Assembly (NCBI GenBank): GCA_029258795.1
Contig: JAPDKB010000005.1
Span: 1 to 54,041, forward strand
Length of the DNA: 54,041 bases
Source of the DNA: an archaeon
Lineage (GTDB): Archaea; EX4484-52; WAPT01
Direction of reading: 5' to 3'
Of the stretch, positions 47,321 through 54,041 are shown one piece after another. The notes beneath the pieces were generated by a model that searched no databases, was not told the DNA's origin, and saw only the letters and a list, made by a program, of their open reading frames with translations. Position numbers and translations under genes: made by a program. Within the stretch, counting starts at the first letter, position 1. Each line of letters starts with the position of its first letter.

Positions 47321-48160
47321 ATGCGAACTTCGAAATGGATTGAGATGCTTGAAGCTGAGCTGAAACTTCGCGGCTTTACTGAAAACACGATCTCAAGTTA
47401 CACAATACTCGTGAGAAATTTTCTGGAAGACATGAACAAAGACCCAAAAAGGATTAGTGAGGGAGATGTCAAAGCTTACATATCTAAAAAGATGGTGGAT
47501 GAGGGGTTAAGCCCAAGAAGTGTGGTATGCATTATAGCTGCATTACGTTTCTTTTTTGAGGAGGTGGTGGGTAGGGATGATGTGGTGAAGATAAAGCCGC
47601 CGAAGCAGGATAAGAAGCTTCCAACTGTGCTGACAAAGGAGGAGGTGCGCTTGTTGATAGATGCTGCTGAAAATTTGAAGCACAGAGCGCTTGTCGAGCT
47701 CCTGTATTCTTCTGGTTTGAGAATAAGCGAATGTCTTAACCTGAGAGTTAAGGACTTGGACTTGGATAGGATGGTGGGCGTAGTAAGAGCAGGTAAAGGG
47801 AGAAAAGACAGGATGTTCATACTGTCCAGAAGGGCAGCTGAAGATGTGAGGCAGCTCATCCTGATGGAAAATAAAGGGAGTGAGGACTTCATCTTCACCG
47901 GGAAAAATAAAAGAAAGAGGATGACTTCTAGGGCAGCGCAAAAAATAATATCGAAACTTGCGGAAAAAGCAGGAATAACGAAAAATGTAACGCCCCATGT
48001 ATTGAGGCACAGCTTTGCCACACATTTGCTGGAAGGAGGAGTTGACATAAGAAAGATTCAGGAGCTGCTCGGTCATGCGAATCTTAACACCACGCAGATA
48101 TACACCAAAGTTTCTATGGAAGAGCTCAGGAAAATTAGAAGTCCGCTGGACGAAATTTGA
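47321..48160 (+). CDS. xerA: Tyrosine recombinase XerA (XerC/D family)
   Basis: SAM-like N-domain; GLRISE, GKGRKDR, HVLRHSFATH, LGH and TTQIY; all catalytic residues present. Confidence 0.9.
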   Translation: MRTSKWIEMLEAELKLRGFTENTISSYTILVRNFLEDMNKDPKRISEGDVKAYISKKMVDEGLSPRSVVCIIAALRFFFEEVVGRDDVVKIKPPKQDKKLPTVLTKEEVRLLIDAAENLKHRALVELLYSSGLRISECLNLRVKDLDLDRMVGVVRAGKGRKDRMFILSRRAAEDVRQLILMENKGSEDFIFTGKNKRKRMTSRAAQKIISKLAEKAGITKNVTPHVLRHSFATHLLEGGVDIRKIQELLGHANLNTTQIYTKVSMEELRKIRSPLDEI

Positions 48161-48162
48161 AT

Positions 48163-48450
48163 TTATTCTTTCCTTTCATCAATCTTTCTGAGAATTCTCA
48201 CCAGCTCATCCAGAAGGTCTGCAACCTCTTCACCAATATTCGTTAGCTTTATGTAGCGCGTCCTACCTTGCTTCTCTGACTGTATCAACCCCTTCTCTTC
48301 CAGAAAATCCACAATCTTCATGGTGTGGGAGTATGTGCAGTCAGCATATTTTGCTATTCTGGTGGTGTAGGAGGAGCCACCATTATTCCTGATACCCAGT
48401 ATCATCTTTACCGGCTTCTCGTGCAGCAGAACATTCATGAGTTTTTCCAT
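48163..48450 (-). CDS. Winged-helix transcription regulator
   Basis: IAKYADCTYSH...LEEKGLI..KQGR..IKLT..G. Confidence 0.85.
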   Translation of the reverse strand: MEKLMNVLLHEKPVKMILGIRNNGGSSYTTRIAKYADCTYSHTMKIVDFLEEKGLIQSEKQGRTRYIKLTNIGEEVADLLDELVRILRKIDERKE

Positions 48451-48545
48451 TCAGTTCACCATGATTTGTTTTCAACTCATTTCTATTTAGGTATATAGGT
48501 ATTTTTATATGTTTCCATTTTGTCTAATATCTATTTTAAAAAATA

Positions 48546-48875
48546 TTATTTCTGGTTGAGCTTTTTGCGTCCAGAAACTTTCTTTATGACCTTAAAATTG
48601 TGCACCACAACCCCCACATAAATAACCAAGAAACTCATGAGTAAGCTTGTCGCCATCCGTTCTGATTCAAATTTCAGGAGGAAAACGATTGTGAGCACAA
48701 CCACAAGATCTACAAGTTTGAAAAGAATAAAATCCTCTCTGCTTTTTTTCAGCATGAATCTTGCAACCGGATTTAGTTCTGCGGTGTAATCGAGCCTGCT
48801 AACAACTATCAGCGTTTCCATGAGGTCTATCATCCAGAGTATGGCTACACCCAACGCAAGCAATATGAGCAGCAT
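48546..48875 (-). CDS. DUF5658-like membrane protein
   Basis: D..T, ELNPVAR, K and HN motifs; 3 TM segments. Confidence 0.7.
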   Translation of the reverse strand: MLLILLALGVAILWMIDLMETLIVVSRLDYTAELNPVARFMLKKSREDFILFKLVDLVVVLTIVFLLKFESERMATSLLMSFLVIYVGVVVHNFKVIKKVSGRKKLNQK

Positions 48876-48900
48876 TAAATTTTCTTATACAGATCTCAAT

Positions 48901-49014
48901 TTATATTAGTTCGTAGTATCCTGCAATGACGACGAGCAGCAGAACTGCCAGCACAATCACACTCACAAGCTCAACATAATCCTCTCTCTTGAACTTGAGC
49001 TTTCTCTTTTTCAT
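48901..49014 (-). CDS. 37-aa single-TM microprotein (not in ORF track)
   Basis: AGGAGG SD; MKKRKLKFKREDYVELVSVIVLAVLLLVVIAGYYELI. Confidence 0.6.
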   Translation of the reverse strand: MKKRKLKFKREDYVELVSVIVLAVLLLVVIAGYYELI

Positions 49015-49047
49015 TCCATTCAACCTCCTTCAATGAAAGTTTTGGAG

Positions 49048-49155
49048 TGGTAGCCCCGCCAGGATTTTCGGCCGCAACAGAAAACAAATCAGCGGCATTC
49101 GAACCTGGGTCAGCGGGTCCAAAGCCCGCCATGCTTACCACTACACCACGGGGCT
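49048..49155 (-). tRNA. tRNA-Gln(UUG) with a 33-nt intron at 59/60 in the T-loop
   Basis: AGCCCCG/CGGGGCT acceptor stem, GCGGG-CT-TTG-GA-CCCGC anticodon arm, CCAGG/CCTGG T-stem, encoded CCA; intron 49065-49097 forms a strict BHB. Confidence 0.93.
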
Positions 49156-49197
49156 GTACAAAACTCTTATAATCTTTCCTATCCGAAAAATATTTTT

Positions 49198-50043
49198 ATG
49201 GTTTTCGTAATCAAGATGAACGGCGAGAAGGCAGAGTTCAACGAGGAGAAGATAATTCACACCGCAATGAGGGCAGGAGCATCGAGAGAGCTTGCGGAAG
49301 AGGTTGCCAAAGCCGTCAGAAGCAGGATTTATAATGGAATCACCACCCGGGAAATCCTAAAGATGGTTAGAGAAGAGCTGAAAAAGCACAGCCCATACTT
49401 GGCAAGGGTGTACACCCTCAAAGATGCGATTTCTCTTCTTAACCCCGATATCTATGAGTTTGAATATTATGTGGCATCCCTTTTCAGGTTGAAGGGCTAC
49501 AATGTAAAGAGAAGTCCCGAGCCCAAGCCGCGGGGAAGGTGTGTCGAGCACGAGATAGACGTGCTTGCAGAAAAGGATGGGAAAATAATCGTGGTGGAGT
49601 GCAAACACCATCACAAGGAAAGAACCTTTACTGGCTTGGATGTGGTTATGAGGCAGCATGCAAGGCTCATAGATTTAAAGGATGGCTGGAGGGATGGAAA
49701 GAAAAATTCGATAGACGTTCAGGAAGCGTGGGTTGCAACCAACACCAAGTTTTCAGAACACGCCATAAAGTATGCGAGGTGCAGAGGTATAAAGCTGCTC
49801 AGCTGGCGTTATCCAGAGGGCAATAGCCTCGCGGATTGGGTGAACAGCATGAAAGCTTATCCCCTCACCATAGTGAACCTGCCATTAAAATACAGAGAAG
49901 CGCTGCTTCCTTACGGTGTGTGGAACACTGTTGATTTTATGAATGCGGATGACAAAATTTTGAGGAAATCCGGGCTAACAGACGTTCAGATAAATGCGTA
50001 CAAGAGACGAATAAAGACCATGAAGGAGCTCATGGGAGGTTGA
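49198..50043 (+). CDS. ATP-cone domain + Mrr-like PD-(D/E)XK nuclease
   Basis: VIKMNGEKAEFNEEKI...ITTREI (ATP cone); FEYYV, EIDV, VECK. Confidence 0.82.
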   Translation: MVFVIKMNGEKAEFNEEKIIHTAMRAGASRELAEEVAKAVRSRIYNGITTREILKMVREELKKHSPYLARVYTLKDAISLLNPDIYEFEYYVASLFRLKGYNVKRSPEPKPRGRCVEHEIDVLAEKDGKIIVVECKHHHKERTFTGLDVVMRQHARLIDLKDGWRDGKKNSIDVQEAWVATNTKFSEHAIKYARCRGIKLLSWRYPEGNSLADWVNSMKAYPLTIVNLPLKYREALLPYGVWNTVDFMNADDKILRKSGLTDVQINAYKRRIKTMKELMGG

Positions 50044-50048
50044 TCTTT

Positions 50049-50549
50049 GTGGCAAAGCCAAGACCGAGAAAAAAGAAATCAAGCAAAGTAAGGGAGGAGA
50101 AAGATAAGCGAGGCTATTATTTCTCCCTTTTTGTGGCGTTTTTGCTTGTGTTCTCGATTTTTGCGGCCGCCTATAGCTCTGGCTTCTTCTCTTCAGGCAA
50201 GAAGTTGAAGCTTCCTGAAACGACGGAGGTGGGGAAGCTGAGCAGGGAAGAGCTGGATTTCATAGTTAAAAATGGCAGGGCTGTGCTTGAAATTGTGATG
50301 CCTGAGAACTGCACGGTGGAATGTGAGAGGGTGTATGGTGAAGCTGTTCAGCTTGCCCAGGAGTTTTCTCCCGTGCTTTACTTATCATCCTACAGAACTC
50401 CCAACGCAACCGCACTTAAAATAAGGTTATACACGCCACTCAGCTATTATGGTGTTGAGGTGGAGAACCTCGGCGTTGTCCAGGAAATGCTGTGCAACAT
50501 AACCTATCCCAAACCAGAGGTGTGCATACTGAAAGAGTTGCTTGAATAA
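50049..50549 (+). CDS. Membrane-anchored hypothetical protein with CxxxC
   Basis: Basic N-terminus, TM segment, CTVEC and C-terminal C..PEVC. Confidence 0.7.
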   Translation: MAKPRPRKKKSSKVREEKDKRGYYFSLFVAFLLVFSIFAAAYSSGFFSSGKKLKLPETTEVGKLSREELDFIVKNGRAVLEIVMPENCTVECERVYGEAVQLAQEFSPVLYLSSYRTPNATALKIRLYTPLSYYGVEVENLGVVQEMLCNITYPKPEVCILKELLE

Positions 50550-50627
50550 CAACGCTTCCCTAACCACTTTCTATACTGAAAGCTAAATGGTAGAAAAAGA
50601 AATGACTGAAAGTCCCTGCCATCGCTT

Positions 50628-50951
50628 TCATCCGAAGAGCGCGCTGAGACCTGCTGCCGCTTCCTCTTCCTTCTTCTCCTCTGCTTCCTCCTTCTTCTCT
50701 TCCTTCTTCTCCTCTGCAGCTGCTGCCGCTCCACCTTCAGCTCCAGCTGCAGCTGGAGCAGCTGCCATGGCAACGGTTGGAGCTTTGCTTATTGCCTCCT
50801 CTATGTTCACCTCTTCGAGCGCTGACACCAGTGCCTTTATCTTTGCCTCATCCGCCTGAATTCCTGCTGCCTCCACCACCTTCTTAATGTTCTCCTCGTT
50901 TATTTCTTTCCCTGCCTTGTGCAGGAGCAGAGCCGCGTATATGTACTCCAT
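50628..50951 (-). CDS. rpl12: 50S ribosomal stalk protein P1/L12
   Basis: [11 protein letters not shown]...[10 protein letters not shown]. Confidence 0.97.
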   Translation of the reverse strand: MEYIYAALLLHKAGKEINEENIKKVVEAAGIQADEAKIKALVSALEEVNIEEAISKAPTVAMAAAPAAAGAEGGAAAAAEEKKEEKKEEAEEKKEEEAAAGLSALFG

Positions 50952-50968
50952 CTTTAACTACCTCCTTA

Positions 50969-51808
50969 TCATTTTTTCTGAGTTGCCTCATCCAGAGCAA
51001 GAGCATGCATCTGGGCTTTTTGGAGCAACAGCTCCATCACATCCTTCTCATATATCTCAGCATTGTAAGCAAGGTTGAATGCATGGCTGTATGCCTCCAC
51101 AAGCTTGAGCTCCACAACATCTCTTGCTGGATAGTCCGCATTGTAAGCAAGGTTGAACGCGTGCTGCACAGCGGTTATTATATTGTTCTCATACTCTGAA
51201 GCATCAACATCGAGCACGTCCTGAGTGTAAACCACACCATCCTCCCATGCTCCCACAAGCTTCAATCCAATGGATGATGCTTTTATTCCCAACTTCATGA
51301 GCACGTTGGCAACCTTTTCATTTATAACATCTCCAGCATCCAATAGTTTGCAGTCCTCCATAACCACAATGTTCTGGCCCTGAATCGACGCCTTTATACC
51401 GACTGATTTTAAATCACTAATGATTGGACCGGGAGGAAGGTCTGTTGGTCCTGCAGGCACAACAATTTCCCTTTCCGCCTTATCTCCTGCCTTTGCAAAC
51501 GTGGGTGTTCTCCTCTTCTTTATCAGCTTGAACAGTTTGAACGGGTTGTCGTTGGAGAGCAGTATGGCTGGCATCTCAACATCAAGTTCCATCAGCTTCT
51601 CCAAATTTGGCTTTCCAGCTGCTTTTAGAGCCCTTTCTATTATGCTCTTTTTCTCCACCTTGATGAAGGCGACATCTCTCAACTCCTTCCTTATCTTCTG
51701 GAATGGATCTGAAGGCAATCCCTTTATGTCTATTATTCCAATCACTCTGTGTTTCTTGATCATGTCAGCGAGCTCTTTTGCACGTTTTACCTTTTCCTCC
51801 TTCACCAT
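50969..51808 (-). CDS. rpl10: 50S ribosomal protein uL10/P0
   Basis: NPFKL, AKAG, GPTDLPPGP and stalk-binding helical repeats. Confidence 0.95.
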   Translation of the reverse strand: MVKEEKVKRAKELADMIKKHRVIGIIDIKGLPSDPFQKIRKELRDVAFIKVEKKSIIERALKAAGKPNLEKLMELDVEMPAILLSNDNPFKLFKLIKKRRTPTFAKAGDKAEREIVVPAGPTDLPPGPIISDLKSVGIKASIQGQNIVVMEDCKLLDAGDVINEKVANVLMKLGIKASSIGLKLVGAWEDGVVYTQDVLDVDASEYENNIITAVQHAFNLAYNADYPARDVVELKLVEAYSHAFNLAYNAEIYEKDVMELLLQKAQMHALALDEATQKK

Positions 51809-51819
51809 AGAGCACTACC

Positions 51820-52458
51820 TCAAAACTCATCCACTTTTACCGGAGAGCCCATCGTGGTTTTTATATATACACTTTTTATGTTGTTTCTGCCGTTTGGAAG
51901 CTTGTTTATTATGGCAGACATAACCGCATCAAAATTCTTTTTGAGGTCCTCATCACTCATGTTCTCAGTGCCTATGGGGCACTGGATTAGGGGAGCATCC
52001 TTAAGCACTATTCTAACGCTTCTCTTAAGCCTGTCAACTATCGTTTTTATGTCGGCCTGTGGGGGCACGGGCTTTGGCATTTTGTTGCGCGGCCCCAAAT
52101 ATTTACCCAGGCTCTTACCTATCCTAGCCATTAATTGTGGTTCAGCCAGGAAAAAGTCCACGCTCTTCACAAGCTTCTTTATCTTTCGCTTGTCTCCTTC
52201 GAGCTCTTCCAGCATCTTTTCGTTTACAACCTCATCTGCTATCCCCTTAGCCACCTCAGCCAAGCTCTTCCCTACAACACAAACCTTTGCATCTTTACCC
52301 CTACCTGCTGGAAGCATGACCTCCATCACAAACCTGTTTGATGGATTTTTGAGATCAACATCCTTGACGTTAACTATAAGATCTACTGTCTGCGTGAAAT
52401 TTCTCTTCTTGCTGTTCTCCCTCATTTTCTTGATGGCTTCATCAATCTTCATCGGCAT
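51820..52458 (-). CDS. rpl1: 50S ribosomal protein uL1
   Basis: KRNFTQTVDL, LGPRNKMP, KTTMG. Confidence 0.97.
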   Translation of the reverse strand: MPMKIDEAIKKMRENSKKRNFTQTVDLIVNVKDVDLKNPSNRFVMEVMLPAGRGKDAKVCVVGKSLAEVAKGIADEVVNEKMLEELEGDKRKIKKLVKSVDFFLAEPQLMARIGKSLGKYLGPRNKMPKPVPPQADIKTIVDRLKRSVRIVLKDAPLIQCPIGTENMSDEDLKKNFDAVMSAIINKLPNGRNNIKSVYIKTTMGSPVKVDEF

Positions 52459-52940
52459 CACTCCTTGAGCAGGTCATCATACTTACCTTCATCAATTTCA
52501 TTAATCACTTCCTTGGGGTGTTTACCCTCAACCGTAACGCCAAAGGAAACACAAGCCCCCACTATACATTTAACAGCACCTTTGAGTGTTTTTGCAAGCA
52601 TACTGTCTCTCTTCATCTTAGCTATCTTAACAACCTGTTCCATGGTTAGATTCCCAACCCATTCCTTGCCCGGTTCCTTGGCGAGCTTCTCAACCCCGAG
52701 CTCTTTCTTGACAAGCTGCGAAACGGGTGGAGAGCCAACCTCTATTTTGAATTCCTTGGTGTCAGTATCAACTATCACCTTCACAGGCACCTTCATTCCG
52801 GCAAAATCCTTCGTTTTCTCGTTTATAGCATCTATGACTTCCTTTATGTTGACTTTCAGCTGTCCGAGCGCCGGTCCTAAAGGTGGGGCAGGCGTGGCTT
52901 TCCCTCCTTCCACCAGCGCTTCAACGATTTTTTCAGGCAT
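52458..52940 (-). CDS. rpl11: 50S ribosomal protein uL11
   Basis: [21 protein letters not shown]. Confidence 0.97.
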   Translation of the reverse strand: MPEKIVEALVEGGKATPAPPLGPALGQLKVNIKEVIDAINEKTKDFAGMKVPVKVIVDTDTKEFKIEVGSPPVSQLVKKELGVEKLAKEPGKEWVGNLTMEQVVKIAKMKRDSMLAKTLKGAVKCIVGACVSFGVTVEGKHPKEVINEIDEGKYDDLLKE

Positions 52941-52947
52941 AATGGCA

Positions 52948-53388
52948 TCACTCTTCCTTTATCACTTTAAGCAGGTCTGCCTTGATGGTTATAGGGATGG
53001 GCACAGCGGAGTCAATAAGCTCGATTTTCGCTTCCCTCTTATCCTCATCAACCTTAATAACTTTGGCGCGCTCTCTCTTGAAAGGTCCGCCGATTATCTC
53101 AACTAGATCTCCCTCCTTCACCTTTATCTCTTCAACCTCTGGCTTGAGGAACTTTTCAACATCATCTATCGTTACTTCCTTTTCTATTAGCCCTCTGACG
53201 TGAGGCACTCCTGTCACGAGCTTCCTTATCTCATCCTCACTCTCGCCCTCTATGAACACGTATCCTTTGAGCTCTGCTGGCGCAAGCAATGCTTTTATTG
53301 CAAGTTTTTTCGCTTTCACCTTAGCTTCCAGAGCATCCATCACTATCTTCTCCCTTCCTATAGTCACGCGTGCGGTCATGATGGTCAT
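52948..53388 (-). CDS. spt5: Transcription elongation factor Spt5/NusG
   Basis: NGN domain (KGYVFIE) plus KOW ([12 protein letters not shown]). Confidence 0.96.
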   Translation of the reverse strand: MTIMTARVTIGREKIVMDALEAKVKAKKLAIKALLAPAELKGYVFIEGESEDEIRKLVTGVPHVRGLIEKEVTIDDVEKFLKPEVEEIKVKEGDLVEIIGGPFKRERAKVIKVDEDKREAKIELIDSAVPIPITIKADLLKVIKEE

Positions 53389-53401
53389 ACAAATCACTCG
53401 T

Positions 53402-53596
53402 TCACATGTTTATGTAAGAGCTGAGCAGCACGAACAGCGAAAATATGGCAAAACCGATAGCGCCGATTATTGCCATACCCGCCAGCGTTATCTTCACGGT
53501 GAGTTTTATCTCTTCCAGATTGGGCTTTTTCATTATCTTGAGCACTCTAACACATCTGTTGATGAAGTTTTTGGCACTTCCTGCAATGTCCTTCAT
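53402..53596 (-). CDS. secE: SecE/Sec61 gamma
   Basis: RVLKIMKKP..EE...GAIGF; GGAGGTG SD at 53605-53611. Confidence 0.93.
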   Translation of the reverse strand: MKDIAGSAKNFINRCVRVLKIMKKPNLEEIKLTVKITLAGMAIIGAIGFAIFSLFVLLSSYINM

Positions 53597-53620
53597 TCCG
53601 ATCACACCTCCATCAGAACG

Positions 53621-53656
53621 CGCCCCTCCTGCCCCCTCCGGGCAGTACAGCGGGCG
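53621..53656 (-). promoter_or_regulatory. GC-rich 5' leader hairpin, putative uL1-binding site
   Basis: CGCCC-GCTGTA-CTGCCC-GGAGG-GGGCAG-GAG-GGGCG: two perfect stems around a 6x3 internal loop, about 10 nt before the secE SD. Confidence 0.5.
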
Positions 53657-53788
53657 AGATAGCTTGCATTTATACCATCAAAATTTAAAAAAGTTTATGA
53701 TTCCGGTATTGGCAATTTTTACTAAACTATATATGCAGTGAAAATTTTATTTTTATATTGGTTGAAAAGCATGCAATCGCGTGGTTAG

Positions 53789-54041
53789 ATGCATGTCAGA
53801 ATCTTCATTTTGTTTGGGTTGGTAATCATTTTATTATGGAGCGGGATTGCCTCAGCTTCAACCCTCATAGTAAACCAGACCTCTCCCACATGTACAACAG
53901 GAGATGCTTACTTCTCAACCATACAGGATGCGGTCAACGCTGCAATTGATGGTGACACCATTATTGTTTGCCCTGGAACATACACGGAAAACGTGGATGT
54001 AAATGTGTCTGTTGAAATACGCTCTTACTCCCAGAACCCCA
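53789..54041 (+). CDS. Secreted NosD/pectin-lyase-like beta-helix protein (3' truncated, not in ORF track)
   Basis: MHVRIFILFGLVIILLWSGIASA signal peptide, then FSTIQDAVNAAIDGDTIIVCPGTYTENV. Confidence 0.85.
   Translation, partial: MHVRIFILFGLVIILLWSGIASASTLIVNQTSPTCTTGDAYFSTIQDAVNAAIDGDTIIVCPGTYTENVDVNVSVEIRSYSQNP

Noticed and set aside
38466-47329. 8.9-kb integrated element bounded by the 13-bp direct repeat
   Set aside because: The interval includes core-like genes (tRNA-Thr, KaiC, CBS protein), has no replication or virion genes, and the second copy is only a half-site. Kept only as an alternative in the findings.
38479-48160. Archaeal integron (recombinase as IntI, island genes as cassettes)
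   Set aside because: The recombinase lacks the IntI-specific insertion, island genes are in mixed orientation, and no repeated attC-like RYYYAAC...GTTRRRY structures were found.
46502-49155. tRNA genes as attachment sites of the tyrosine recombinase
   Set aside because: No duplicated tRNA 3' fragment is visible in the window, and the enzyme looks like housekeeping XerA.
17687-53106. Long antisense or alternate-frame ORFs (e.g. 17687-18394, 27322-27921, 47476-48048, 52465-53106)
   Set aside because: They shadow well-supported genes on the opposite strand, have S/F/L-rich antisense composition and show no motifs.
53606-53670. C/D box sRNA upstream of secE
   Set aside because: A CTGA is present on the minus strand but there is no RUGAUGA C box.

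Overview
Archaeal chromosomal window. Markers are AglB/STT3, AglH, archaeal PolB, SecDF, type II MetAP, intron-containing tRNAs and the secE-spt5-rpl11-rpl1-rpl10-rpl12 operon. A DPANN (Aenigmarchaeota-like) thermophile is my inference from gene style, not a result. Layout: (1) 1-16.6 kb, surface glycosylation region with an AT-rich sugar-modification cassette, a decayed IS6 element, flippase, aglH, aglB, a GT-C-like gene, a polyprenyl-phosphate phosphoribosyltransferase and an MNT-HEPN pair; an orphan MNT follows at 16.7-17.2 kb. (2) 17-37.5 kb, core genes plus an operon of a repeat-bearing KaiC ATPase, a 1671-aa surface protein and its short paralog, and oapABC/arvABC. (3) 37.5-44.1 kb, a 1.1-kb AT-rich gap holding a perfect 11-6-11 palindromic dif-like site (AGTTCGCATAA-GGTTCA-TTATGCGAACT), followed by an island of nucleases, toxin-antitoxin genes and gene fragments. 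(4) 44-54 kb, a CBS-HPF protein, a KaiC ATPase, tRNA-Thr and tRNA-Gln (T-loop intron), xerA, an ATP-cone nuclease and ribosomal protein genes. The best unannotated signals are exact extra copies of the dif arm over the xerA start codon and twice inside a surface-protein gene, a topologically permuted L1-binding-like hairpin before the secE-rpl operon, and the KaiC/surface-protein operon. All calls are by-eye motif recognition; no database searches were run.
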